A DNA stretch of 64,000 bases. Source: Auanema rhodensis. Its lineage: Eukaryota; Animalia; Nematoda. The stretch spans positions 20,088,001 through 20,152,000 of the forward strand of contig OZ059898.1 in assembly GCA_964057225.1 (NCBI GenBank). Direction: 5' to 3'. Under the pieces are notes generated by a model. It searched no databases, had not been told where the DNA came from, and was given only the letters and a program-made list of their open reading frames with translations. Positions 22,701 to 37,253 of this stretch are shown one piece after another. The position numbers and the translations under genes were made by a program. Position 1 is the first letter of the stretch. Each line of letters starts with the position of its first letter.

Positions 22701-24836
22701 TATAAGTGTGAACTTATATCAGTTGATATCTCGGTGCATTTTTAAGCTAGCGCAAATCTGATAACACAGATCGACGCAGCTTAAAAATCTGCATCGAATG
22801 CACTATACTACATTGAGAAACGCTTAATACAAAAATTAGTTATGATCGTTCGGAAAATGATGCATTAGTGTATGTTGAGTTTCCATGTACACTCAACATT
22901 GCTTCCAAAAACATTTTGACAAAAATTTTTCCGAAAAATTTCAAATAATTTCGCAAAAAGTAGATGTTTTTAGATTTTTTTTTAAGACAAAGACGATGGA
23001 CAATGTTATTCAACGAAAAAATTAATTCTTCAGGGTGAAAATCGAGGATATAAGTGTGAACTTATATCAGTTGATATCTCGATGCATTTTTAAGCTAGCG
23101 CAAATCTGATAACACAGATCGACGCAGCTTAAAAATCCGCATCGAATGCACTATACTACATTGAGAAACGCTTAATACAAAAATTAGTTATGATCGTTTG
23201 GAAAATGATGCATTAGTGTATTTTGAGTTTCCATGTACACTCAACATTGCTTCCAAAAACATTTTGACAAAAATTTTTTCGAAAAATTTCAAAATAATTT
23301 CGCAAAAAGTAAATGTTTTTAGATTTCTTTTTTCAAGGCAAAGACGATGGACGATGTTATTCAACAAAAAAATTAATTCTTCAGGGTGAAAATCGAGGAT
23401 ATAAGTGTGAACTTATATCAGTTGATATCTCGATGCATTTTTAAGCTAGCGCAAATCTGATAACACAGATCGACGCAGCTTAAAAATCCGCATCGAATGC
23501 ACTATACTACATTGAGAAACGCTTAATACAAAAATTTGTTATGATCGTTTGGAAAATGATGCATTAGTGTATTTTGAGTTTCCATGTACACTCAACATTG
23601 CTTCCAAAAACATTTTGACAAAAATTTTTTCGAAAAATTTCAAAATAATTTCGCAAAAAGTAAATGTTTTTAGATTCTTTTTTTTAAGGCAAAAACGATG
23701 GACAATGTTATTCAACGGAAAAATTAATTCTTCAGGGTGAAAATCGAGGATATAAGTGTGAACTTATATCAGTTGATATCTCGGTGCATTTTTAAGCTAG
23801 CGCAAATCTGATAACACAGATCGACGCAGCTTAAAAATCTGCATCGAATGCACTATACTACATTGAGAAACGCTTAATACAAAAATTAGTTATGATCGTT
23901 CGGAAAATGATGCATTAGTGTATGTTGAGTTTCCATGTACACTCAACATTGCTTCCAAAAACATTTTGACAAAAATTTTTCCGAAAAATTTCAAAATAAT
24001 TTCGCAAAAAGTAGATGTTTTTAGATTTTTTTTTTAAGACAAAGACGATGGACAATGTTATTCAACGAAAAAATTAATTCTTCAGGGTGAAAATCGAGGA
24101 TATAAGTGTGAACTTATATCAGTTGATATCTCGATGCATTTTTAAGCTAGCGCAAATCTGATAACACAGATCGACGCAGCTTAAAAATCCGCATCGAATG
24201 CACTATACTACATTGAGAAACGCTTAATACAAAAATTTGTTATGATCGTTTGGAAAATGATGCATTAGTGTATTTTGAGTTTCCATGTACACTCAACATT
24301 GCTTCCAAAAACATTTTGACAAAAATTTTTTCGAAAAATTTCAAAATAATTTCGCAAAAAGTAAATGTTTTTAGATTCTTTTTTTTAAGGCAAAAACGAT
24401 GGACAATGTTATTCAACGAAAAAATTAATTCTTCAGGGTGAAAATCGAGGATATAAGTGTGAACTTATATCAGTTGATATCTCGGTGCATTTTTAAGCTA
24501 GCGCAAATCTGATAACACAGATCGACGCAGCTTAAAAATCTGCATCGAATGCACTATACTACATTGAGAAACGCTTAATACAAAAATTAGTTATGATCGT
24601 TCGGAAAATGATGCATTAGTGTATGTTGAGTTTCCATGTACACTCAACATTGCTTCCAAAAACATTTTGACAAAAATTTTTCCGAAAAATTTCAAAATAA
24701 TTTCGCAAAAAGTAGATGTTTTTAGATTTTTTTTTTAAGGCAAAGACGATGGACAATGTTATTCAACGAAAAAATCAATTCTTCAGGGTGAAAATCGAGG
24801 ATATAAGTGTGAACTTATATCAGTTGATATCTCGAT

Positions 24837-24860
24837 GCATTTTTACTACATACTACATTG
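24837..24860. other. Deletion junction in a truncated monomer (net -56 bp), copy 2
   Basis: Same junction as 19207-19230, offset 5630 bp. Confidence 0.95.
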
Positions 24861-25247
24861 AGAAACGCTTAATACAAAAATTAGTTATGATCGTTCGGAA
24901 AATGATGCATTAGTGTATGTTGAGTTTCCATGTACACTCAACATTGCTTCCAAAAACATTTTGACAAGAATTTTTCCGAAAAATTTCAAAATAATTTCGC
25001 AAAAAGTAGATGTTTTTAGATTTTTTTTTAAGGCAAAGACGATGGACAATGTTATTCAACGAAAAAATTAATTCTTCAGGGTGAAAATCGAGGATATAAG
25101 TGTGAACTTATATCAGTTGATATCTCGGTGCATTTTTAAGCTAGCGCAAATCTGATAACACAGATCGACGCAGCTTGAAAATCCGCATCGAATGCACTAT
25201 ACTACATTGAGAAACGCTTGATACAAAAATTAGTTATGATCGTTTGG

Positions 25248-25373
25248 AAAATGATGCATTAGTGTATGTTGAGTTTCCATGTACACTCAACATTGTTGAG
25301 TGTACATGGAAACTCAAAATACACTAATGCATCATTTTAGTGTATGTTGAGTTTCCATGTACACTCAACATTG
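25248..25373. repeat. Forward-inverted-forward micro-triplication (+78 bp) with 91-bp palindrome (25248-25338), copy 2
   Basis: Same sequence as 19618-19743, offset 5630 bp. Confidence 0.97.
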
Positions 25374-28300
25374 CTTCCAAAAACATTTTGACAAAAATTT
25401 TTTCGAAAAATTTCAAAATAATTTCGCAAAAAGTAGATGTTTTTAGATTTTTTTTTTCAAGGCAAAGACGATGGACGATGTTATTCAACAAAAAAATTAA
25501 TTCTTCAGGGTGAAAATCGAGGATATAAGTGTGAACTTATATCAGTTGATATCTCGGTGCATTTTTAAGCTAGCGCAAATCTGATAACACAGATCGACGC
25601 AGCTTAAAAATCTGCATCGAATGCACTATACTACATTGAGAAACGCTTAATACAAAAATTAGTTATGATCGTTCGGAAAATGATGCATTAGTGTATGTTG
25701 AGTTTCCATGTACACTCAACATTGCTTCCAAAAACATTTTGACAAGAATTTTTCCGAAAAATTTCAAAATAATTTCGCAAAAAGTAGATGTTTTTAGATT
25801 TTTTTTTTAAGGCAAAGACGATGGACAATGTTATTCAACGAAAAAATTAATTCTTCAGGGTGAAAATCGAGGATATAAGTGTGAACTTATATCAGTTGAT
25901 ATCTCGATGCATTTTTAAGCTAGCGCAAATCTGATAACACAGATCGACGCAGCTTAAAAATCCGCATCGAATGCACTATACTACATTGAGAAACGCTTAA
26001 TACAAAAATTTGTTATGATCGTTTGGAAAATGATGCATTAGTGTATTTTGAGTTTCCATGTACACTCAACATTGCTTCCAAAAACATTTTGACAAAAATT
26101 TTTTCGAAAAATTTCAAAATAATTTCGCAAAAAGTAAATGTTTTTAGATTCTTTTTTTTAAGGCAAAAACGATGGACAATGTTATTCAACGAAAAAATTA
26201 ATTCTTCAGGGTGAAAATCGAGGATATAAGTGTGAACTTATATCAGTTGATATCTCGGTGCATTTTTAAGCTAGCGCAAATCTGATAACACAGATCGACG
26301 CAGCTTAAAAATCCGCATCGAATGCACTATACTACATTGAGAAACGCTTGATACAAAAATTAGTTATGATCGTTTGGAAAATGATGCATTAGTGTATTTT
26401 GAGTTTCCATGTACACTCAACATTGCTTCCAAAAACATTTTGACAAAAATTTTTTCGAAAAATTTCAAAATAATTTCGCAAAAAGTAAATGTTTTTAGAT
26501 TTCTTTTTTCAAGGCAAAGACGATGGACGATGTTATTCAACAAAAAAATTAATTCTTCAGGGTGAAAATCGAGGATATAAGTGTGAACTTATATCAGTTG
26601 ATATCTCGGTGCATTTTTACGCTAGCGCAAATCTGATAACGCAGATCGACGCAGCTTAAAAATCCGCATCAAATGCACTATACTACATTGAGAAACGCTT
26701 AATACAAAAATTTGTTATGATCGTTTGGAAAATGATGCATTAGTGTATGTTGAGTTTCCATGTACACTCAACATTGCTTCCAAAAACATTTTGACAAAAA
26801 TTTTTTCGAAAAATTTCAAAATAATTTCGCAAAAAGTAGATGTTTTTAAATTTCTTTTTTCAAGGCAAAGACGATGGACAATGTTATTCAACGAAAAAAT
26901 TAATTCTTCAGGGTGAAAATCGAGGATATAAGTGTGAACTTATATCAGTTGATATCTCGGTGCATTTTTACGCTAGCGCAAATCTGATAACACAGATCGA
27001 CGCAGCTTAAAAATCCGCATCGAATGCACTATACTACATTGAGAAACGCTTAATACAAAAATTTGTTATGATCGTTTGGAAAATGATGCATCAGTGTATG
27101 TTGAGTTTCCATGTACACTCAACATTGCTTCCAAAAACATTTTGACAAAAATTTTTTCGAAAAATTTCAAAATAATTTCGCAAAAAGTAGATGTTTTTAA
27201 ATTTCTTTTTTCAAGGCAAAGACGATGGACAATGTTATTCAACGAAAAAATTAATTCTTCAGGGTGAAAATCGAGGATATAAGTGTGAACTTATATCAGT
27301 TGATATCTCGGTGCATTTTTAAGCTAGCGCAAATCTGATAACACAGATCGACGCAGCTTAAAAATCCGCATCGAATGCACTATACTACATTGAGAAACGC
27401 TTGATACAAAAATTAGTTATGATCGTTTGGAAAGTGATGCATTAGTGTATTTTGAGTTTCCATGTACACTCAACATTGCTTCCAAAAACATTTTGACAAA
27501 AATTTTTTCGAAAAATTTCAAAATAATTTCGCAAAAAGTAAATGTTTTTAGATTCTTTTTTTTAAGGCAAAAACGATGGACAATGTTATTCAACGAAAAA
27601 ATTAATTCTTCAGGGTGAAAATCGAGGATATAAGTGTGAGCTTATATCAGTTGATATCTCGGTGCATTTTTAAGCTAGCGCAAATCTGATAACACAGATC
27701 GACGCAGCTCAAAAATCCGCATCGAATGCACTATACTACATTGAGAAACGCTTAATACAAAAATTTGTTATGATCGTTTGGAAAATGATGCATTAGTGTA
27801 TGTTGAGTTTCCATGTACACTCAACATTGCTTCCAAAAACATTTTGACAAAAATTTTTTCGAAAAATTTCAAAATAATTTCGCAAAAAGTAGATGTTTTT
27901 AAATTTCTTTTTTCAAGGCAAAGACGATGGACAATGTTATTCAACGAAAAAATTAATTCTTCAGGGTGAAAATCGAGGATATAAGTGTGAACTTATATCA
28001 GTTGATATCTCGGTGCATTTTTAAGCTAGCGCAAATCTGATAACACAGATCGACGCAGCTTAAAAATCCGCATCGAATGCACTATACTACATTGAGAAAC
28101 GCTTGATACAAAAATTAGTTATGATCGTTTGGAAAATGATGCATTAGTGTATTTTGAGTTTCCATGTACACTCAACATTGCTTCCAAAAACATTTTGACA
28201 AAAATTTTTTCGAAAAATTTCAAAATAATTTCGCAAAAAGTAAATGTTTTTAGATTCTTTTTTTTAAGGCAAAAACGATGGACAATGTTATTCAATGAAA

Positions 28301-31300
28301 AAATTAATTCTTCAGGGTGAAAATCGAGGATATAAGTGTGAGCTTATATCAGTTGATATCTCGGTGCATTTTTAAGCTAGCGCAAATCTGATAACACAGA
28401 TCGACGCAGCTTAAAAATCCGCATCGAATGCACTATATTACATTGAGAAACGCTTGATATAAAAATTAGTTATGATCGTTTGAAAAATGATGCATTAGTG
28501 TTTTTTGAGTTTCCATGTACACTCAACATTGCTTCCAAAAACATTTTGACAAAAATTTTTTCGAAAAATTTCAAAATAATTTCGCAAAAAGTAAATGTTT
28601 TTAGATTCTTTTTTTTAAGGCAAAAACGATGGACAATGTTATTCAACGAAAAAATTAATTCTTCAGGGTGAAAATCGAGGATATAAGTGTGAGCTTATAT
28701 CAGTTGATATCTCGGTGCATTTTTAAGCTAGCGCAAATCTGATAACACAGATCGACGCAGCTTAAAAATCCGCATCGAATGCACTATATTACATTGAGAA
28801 ACGCTTGATATAAAAATTAGTTATGATCGTTTGGAAAATGATGCATTAGTGTATGTTGAGTTTCCATGTACACTCAACATTGCTTCCAAAAACATTTTGA
28901 CAAAAATTTTTTCGAAAAATTTCAAAATAATTTCGCAAAAAGTAAATGTTTTTAGATTCTTTTTTTTAAGGCAAAAACGATGGACAATGTTATTCAACGA
29001 AAAAATTAATTCTTCAGGGTGAAAATCGAGGATATAAGTGTGAGCTTATATCAGTTGATATCTCGGTGCATTTTTAAGCTAGCGCAAATCTGATAACACA
29101 GATCGACGCAGCTCAAAAATCCGCATCGAATGCACTATACTACATTGAGAAACGCTTAATACAAAAATTTGTTATGATCGTTTGGAAAATGATGCATTAG
29201 TGTATGTTGAGTTTCCATGTACACTCAACATTGCTTCCAAAAACATTTTGACAAAAATTTTTTCGAAAAATTTCAAAATAATTTCGCAAAAAGTAGATGT
29301 TTTTAAATTTCTTTTTTCAAGGCAAAGACGATGGACAATGTTATTCAACGAAAAAATTAATTCTTCAGGGTGAAAATCGAGGATATAAGTGTGAACTTAT
29401 ATCAGTTGATATCTCGGTGCATTTTTAAGCTAGCGCAAATCTGATAACACAGATCGACGCAGCTTAAAAATCCGCATCGAATGCACTATACTACATTGAG
29501 GAACGCTTGATACAAAAATTAGTTATGATCGTTTGGAAAATGATGCATTAGTGTATTTTGAGTTTCCATGTACACTCAACATTGCTTCCAAAAACATTTT
29601 GACAAAAATTTTTTCGAAAAATTTCAAAATAATTTCGCAAAAAGTAAATGTTTTTAGATTCTTTTTTTTAAGGCAAAAACGATGGACAATGTTATTCAAT
29701 GAAAAAATTAATTCTTCAGGGTGAAAATCGAGGATATAAGTGTGAGCTTATATCAGTTGATATCTCGGTGCATTTTTAAGCTAGCGCAAATCTGATAACA
29801 CAGATCGACGCAGCTTAAAAATCCGCATCGAATGCACTATATTACATTGAGAAACGCTTGATATAAAAATTAGTTATGATCGTTTGAAAAATGATGCATT
29901 AGTGTTTTTTGAGTTTCCATGTACACTCAACATTGCTTCCAAAAACATTTTGACAAAAATTTTTTCGAAAAATTTCAAAATAATTTCGCAAAAAGTAGAT
30001 GTTTTTAGATTTTTTTTTTCAAGGCAAAGACGATGGACAATGTTATTCAACGAAAAAATTAGTTCTTCAGGGTGAAAATCGAGGATATAAGTGTGAGCTT
30101 ATATCAGTTGATATCTCGGTCCATTTTCAAGCTGGCGCAAATCTAATAACACAGATCGACGCAGCTTAAAATTCCGCATCGAATGCACTATACTACATTG
30201 AGAAACGCTTGATATAAAAATTAGTTATGATCGTTTGAAAAATGATGCATTAGTGTATGTTGAGTTTCCATGTACACTCAACATTGCTTCCAAAAACATT
30301 TTGACAAAAATTTTTCCGAAAAATTTCAAAATAATTTCGCAAAAAGTAGATGTTTTTAGATTTTTTTTTTAAGGCAAAGACGATGGACAATGTTATTCAA
30401 CGAAAAAATTAATTCTTCAGGGTGAAAATCGAGGATATAAGTGTGAACTTATATCAGTTGATATCTCGATGCATTTTTAAGCTAGCGCAAATCTGATAAC
30501 ACAGATCGACGCAGCTTAAAAATCCGCATCGAATGCACTATACTACATTGAGAAACGCTTAATACAAAAATTTGTTATGATCGTTTGGAAAATGATGCAT
30601 TAGTGTATTTTGAGTTTCCATGTACACTCAACATTGCTTCCAAAAACATTTTGACAAAAATTTTTTCGAAAAATTTCAAAATAATTTCGCAAAAAGTAAA
30701 TGTTTTTAGATTCTTTTTTTTAAGGCAAAAACGATGGACAATGTTATTCAACGAAAAAATTAATTCTTCAGGGTGAAAATCGAGGATATAAGTGTGAACT
30801 TATATCAGTTGATATCTCGGTGCATTTTTAAGCTAGCGCAAATCTGATAACACAGATCGACGCAGCTTAAAAATCCGCATCGAATGCACTATACTACATT
30901 GAGAAACGCTTGATATAAAAATTAGTTATGATCGTTTGAAAAATGATGCATTAGTGTTTTTTGAGTTTCCATGTACACTCAACATTGCTTCCAAAAACAT
31001 TTTGACAAAAATTTTTTCGAAAAATTTCAAAATAATTTCGCAAAAAGTAGATGTTTTTAGTTTTTTTTTTTCAAGGCAAAGACGATGGACAATGTTATTC
31101 AACGAAAAAATTAATTCTTCAGGGTGAAAATCGAGGATATAAGTGTGAGCTTATATCAGTTGATATCTCGGTCCATTTTCAAGCTGGCGCAAATCTAATA
31201 ACACAGATCGACGCAGCTTAAAATTCCGCAGCGAATGCACTATACTACATTGAGAAATGCTTGATATAAAAATTAGTTATGATCGTTTGAAAAATGATGC

Positions 31301-34300
31301 ATTAGTGTATTTTGAGTTTCCATGTACACTCAACATTGCTTCCAAAAACATTTTGACAAAAATTTTTTCGAAAAATTTCAAAATAATTTCGCAAAAAGTA
31401 AATGTTTTTAGATTCTTTTTTTTAAGGCAAAAACGATGGACAATGTTATTCAATGAAAAAATTAATTCTTCAGGGTGAAAATCGAGGATATAAGTGTGAA
31501 CTTATATCAGTTGATATCTCGGTGCATTTTTACGCTAGCGCAAATCTGATAACGCAGATCGACGCAGCTTAAAAATCCGCATCGAATGCACTATACTACA
31601 TTGAGAAACGCTTAATACAAAAATTTGTTATGATCGTTTGGAAAATGATGCATTAGTGTATGTTGAGTTTCCATGTACACTCAACATTGCTTCCAAAAAC
31701 ATTTTGACAAAAATTTTTTCGAAAAATTTCAAAATAATTTCGCAAAAAGTAGATGTTTTTAAATTTCTTTTTTCAAGGCAAAGACGATGGACAATGTTAT
31801 TCAACGAAAAAATTAATTCTTCAGGGTGAAAATCGAGGATATAAGTGTGAACTTATATCAGTTGATATCTCGGTGCATTTTTACGCTAGCGCAAATCTGA
31901 TAACACAGATCGACGCAGCTTAAAAATCCGCATCGAATGCACTATACTACATTGAGAAACGCTTAATACAAAAATTTGTTATGATCGTTTGGAAAATGAT
32001 GCATTAGTGTATGTTGAGTTTCCATGTACACTCAACATTGCTTCCAAAAACATTTTGACAAAAATTTTTTCGAAAAATTTCAAAATAATTTCGCAAAAAG
32101 TAGATGTTTTTAAATTTCTTTTTTCAAGGCAAAGACGATGGACAATGTTATTCAACGAAAAAATTAATTCTTCAGGGTGAAAATCGAGGATATAAGTGTG
32201 AACTTATATCAGTTGATATCTCGGTGCATTTTTAAGCTAGCGCAAATCTGATAACACAGATCGACGCAGCTTAAAAATCCGCATCGAATGCACTATATTA
32301 CATTGAGAAACGCTTGATACAAAAATTAGTTATGATCGTTTGGAAAGTGATGCATTAGTGTATTTTGAGTTTCCATGTACACTCAACATTGCTTCCAAAA
32401 ACATTTTGACAAAAATTTTTTCGAAAAATTTCAAAATAATTTCGCAAAAAGTAAATGTTTTTAGATTTTTTTTTTCAAGGCAAAGACGATGGACAATGTT
32501 ATTCAACGAAAAAATTAATTCTTCAGGGTGAAAATCGAGGATATAAGTGTGAGCTTATATCAGTTGATATCTCGGTGCATTTTTAAGCTAGCGCAAATCT
32601 GATAACACAGATCGACGCAGCTCAAAAATCCGCATCGAATGCACTATACTACATTGAGAAACGCTTAATACAAAAATTTGTTATGATCGTTTGGAAAATG
32701 ATGCATTAGTGTATGTTGAGTTTCCATGTACACTCAACATTGCTTCCAAAAACATTTTGACAAAAATTTTTTCGAAAAATTTCAAAATAATTTCGCAAAA
32801 AGTAGATGTTTTTAAATTTCTTTTTTCAAGGCAAAGACGATGGACAATGTTATTCAACGAAAAAATTTATTCTTCAGGGTGAAAATCGAGGATATAAGTG
32901 TGAACTTATATCAGTTGATATCTCGGTGCATTTTTAAGCTAGCGCAAATCTGATAACACAGATCGACGCAGCTTAAAAATCCGCATCGAATGCACTATAC
33001 TACATTGAGAAACGCTTGATACAAAAATTAGTTATGATCGTTTGGAAAATGATGCATTAGTGTATTTTGAGTTTCCATGTACACTCAACATTGCTTCCAA
33101 AAACATTTTGACAAAAATTTTTTCGAAAAATTTCAAAATAATTTCGCAAAAAGTAAATGTTTTTAGATTCTTTTTTTTAAGGCAAAAACGATGGACAATG
33201 TTATTCAATGAAAAAATTAATTCTTCAGGGTGAAAATCGAGGATATAAGTGTGAGCTTATATCAGTTGATATCTCGGTGCATTTTTAAGCTAGCGCAAAT
33301 CTGATAACACAGATCGACGCAGCTTAAAAATCCGCATCGAATGCACTATATTACATTGAGAAACGCTTGATATAAAAATTAGTTATGATCGTTTGAAAAA
33401 TGATGCATTAGTGTTTTTTGAGTTTCCATGTACACTCAACATTGCTTCCAAAAACATTTTGACAAAAATTTTTTCGAAAAATTTCAAAATAATTTCGCAA
33501 AAAGTAGATGTTTTTAGTTTTTTTTTTTCAAGGCAAAGACGATGGACAATGTTATTCAACGAAAAAATTAATTCTTCAGGGTGAAAATCGAGGATATAAG
33601 TGTGAGCTTATATCAGTTGATATCTCGGTCCATTTTCAAGCTGGCGCAAATCTAATAACACAGATCGACGCAGCTTAAAATTCCGCAGCGAATGCACTAT
33701 ACTACATTGAGAAATGCTTGATATAAAAATTAGTTATGATCGTTTGAAAAATGATGCATTAGTGTATTTTGAGTTTCCATGTACACTCAACATTGCTTCC
33801 AAAAACATTTTGACAAAAATTTTTTCGAAAAATTTCAAAATAATTTCGCAAAAAGTAAATGTTTTTAGATTCTTTTTTTTAAGGCAAAAACGATGGACAA
33901 TGTTATTCAATGAAAAAATTAATTCTTCAGGGTGAAAATCGAGGATATAAGTGTGAGCTTATATCAGTTGATATCTCGGTGCATTTTTAAGCTAGCGCAA
34001 ATCTGATAACACAGATCGACGCAGCTTAAAAATCCGCATCGAATGCACTATATTACATTGAGAAACGCTTGATATAAAAATTAGTTATGATCGTTTGAAA
34101 AATGATGCATTAGTGTTTTTTGAGTTTCCATGTACACTCAACATTGCTTCCAAAAACATTTTGACAAAAATTTTTTCGAAAAATTTCAAAATAATTTCGC
34201 AAAAAGTAGATGTTTTTAGATTTTTTTTTTCAAGGCAAAGACGATGGACAATGTTATTCAACGAAAAAATTAGTTCTTCAGGGTGAAAATCGAGGATATA

Positions 34301-37253
34301 AGTGTGAGCTTATATCAGTTGATATCTCGGTCCATTTTCAAGCTGGCGCAAATCTAATAACACAGATCGACGCAGCTTAAAATTCCGCATCGAATGCACT
34401 ATACTACATTGAGAAACGCTTGATATAAAAATTAGTTATGATCGTTTGAAAAATGATGCATTAGTGTTTTTTGAGTTTCCATGTACACTCAACATTGCTT
34501 CCAAAAACATTTTGACAAAAATTTTTTCGAAAAATTTCAAAATAATTTCGCAAAAAGTAGATGTTTTTAGATTTTGTTTTTCAAGGCAAAGACGATGGAC
34601 AATGTTATTCAACGAAAAAATTAGTTCTTCAGGGTGAAAATCGAGGATATAAGTGTGAGCTCATATCAGTTGATATCTCGGTCCATTTTCAAGCTGGCGC
34701 AAATCTAATAACACAGATCGACGCAGCTTAAAATTCCGCATCGAATGCACTATACTACATTGAGAAACGCTTGATATAAAAATTAGTTATGATCGTTTGA
34801 AAAATGATGCATTAGTGTTTTTTGAGTTTCCATGTACACTCAACATTGCTTCCAAAAACATTTTGACAAAAATTTTTTCGAAAAATTTCAAAATAATTTC
34901 GCAAAAAGTAGATGTTTTTAGATTTTTTTTTTCAAGGCAAAGACGATGGACAATGTTATTCAACGAAAAAATTAATTCTTCAGGGTGAAAATCGAGGATA
35001 TAAGTGTGAGCTTATATCAGTTGATATCTCGGTGCATTTTCAAGCTAGCGCAAATCTAATAACACAGATCGACGCAGCTTAAAAATCCGCATCGAATGCA
35101 CTATACTACATTGAGAAACGCTTGATACAAAAATTAGTTATGATCGTTTGAAAAATGATGCATTAGTGTTTTTTGAGTTTCCATGTACACTCAACATTGC
35201 TTCCAAAAACATTTTGACAAAAATTTTTTCGAAAAATTTCAAAATAATTTCGCAAAAAGTAGATGTTTTTAGATTTTTTTTTTCAAGGCAAAGACGATGG
35301 ACAATGTTATTCAACGAAAAAATTAATTCTTCAGGGTGAAAATCGAGGATATAAGTGTGAACTTATATCAGTTGATATCTCGGTGCATTTTTAAGCTAGC
35401 GCAAATCTAATAACACAGATCGACGCAGCTTAAAAATCCGCATCGAATGCACTATACTACATTGAGAAAAGCTTAATACAAAAATTAGTTATGATCGTTT
35501 GAAAAATGATGCATTAGTGTATTTTGAGTTTCCATGTACTTTCAGCATTGCTTCCAAAAACATTTTGACAAAAATTTTTTCGAAAAATTTCAAAATAATT
35601 TCGCAAAAAGTAGATGTTTTTAGATTTTTTTTTCCAAGGCAAAGACGATGAACAATGTTATTCAACGAAAAAATTAATTCTTCAGGGTGAAAATCGAGGA
35701 TATAAGTGTGAACTTATATCAGTTGATATCTCGGTGCATTTTTAAGCTAGCGCAAATCTGATAACACAGATCGACGCAGCTTAAAAATCCGCATCGAATG
35801 CACTATACTACATTGAGAAACGCTTGATACAAAAATTAGTTATGATCGTTTGGAAAATGATGCATTAGTGTATTTTGAGTTTCCATGTACACTCAACATT
35901 GCTTCCAAAAACATTTTGACAAAAATTTTTTCGAAAAATTTCAAAATAATTTCGCAAAAAGTAAATGTTTTTAGATTCTTTTTTTTAAGGCAAAAACGAT
36001 GGACAATGTTATTCAACAAAAAAATTAATTCTTCAGGGTGAAAATCGAGGATATAAGTGTGAGCTTATATCAGTTGATATCTCGGTGCATTTTTAAGCTA
36101 GCGCAAATCTGATAACACAGATCGACGCAGCTTAAAAATCCGCATCGAATGCACTATACTACATTGAGAAACGCTTGATATAAAAATTAGTTATGATCGT
36201 TTGAAAAATGATGCTTTAGTGTTTTTTGAGTTTCCATGTACACTCAACATTGCTTCCAAAAACATTTTGACAAAAATTTTTTCGAAAAATTTCAAAATAA
36301 TTTCGCAAAAAGTAGATGTTTTTAGATTTTTTTTCTCAAGGCAAAGACGATGGACAATGTTATTCAACGAAAAAATTAATTCTTCAGGGTGAAAATCGAG
36401 GATATAAGTGTGAGCTTATATCAGTTGATATCTCGGTGCATTTTCAAGCTAGCGCAAATCTAATAACACAGATCGACGCAGCTTAAAAATCCGCATCGAA
36501 TGCACTATACTACATTGAGAAACGCTTGATACAAAAACTAGTTATGATCGTTTGAAAAATGATGCATTAGTGTTTTTTGAGTTTCCATGTACACTCAACA
36601 TTGCTTCCAAAAACATTTTGACAAAAATTTTTTCGAAAAATTTCAAAATAATTTCGCAAAAAGTAGATGTTTTTAGATTTTTTTTTTCAAGGCAAAGACG
36701 ATGGACAATGTTATTCAACGAAAAAATTAATTCTTCAGGGTGAAAATCGAGGATATAAGTGTGAGCTTATATCAGTTGATATCTCGGTGCATTTTCAAGC
36801 TAGCGCAAATCTAATAACACAGATCGACGCAGCTTAAAAATCCGCATCGAATGCACTATACTACATTGAGAAACGCTTGATACAAAAATTAGTTATGATC
36901 GTTTGAAAAATGATGCATTAGTGTTTTTTGAGTTTCCATGTACACTCAACATTGCTTCCAAAAACATTTTGACAAAAATTTTTTCGAAAAATTTCAAAAT
37001 AATTTCGCAAAAAGTAGATGTTTTTAGATTTTTTTTTTCAAGGCAAAGACGATGGACAATGTTATTCAACGAAAAAATTAATTCTTCAGGGTGAAAATCG
37101 AGGATATAAGTGTGAACTTATATCAGTTGATATCTCGGTGCATTTTTAAGCTAGCGCAAATCTAATAACACAGATCGACGCAGCTTAAAAATCCGCATCG
37201 AATGCACTATACTACATTGAGAAACGCTTGATACAAAAATTAGTTATGATCGT

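Larger units (their letters stand above)
17217..27190. repeat. Tandem block duplication (~13 monomers) with a nested 3-monomer duplication in the second copy; boundaries approximate
   Basis: Rare markers recur in the same order. The CAACGAATAA monomers at 17217/21797 are offset 4580. The deletion, the palindrome and the GATGCATCAG monomers at 21446/27076 are offset 5630. The 1050-bp difference equals the repeat of 22148-23197 at 23198-24249. Confidence 0.8.
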
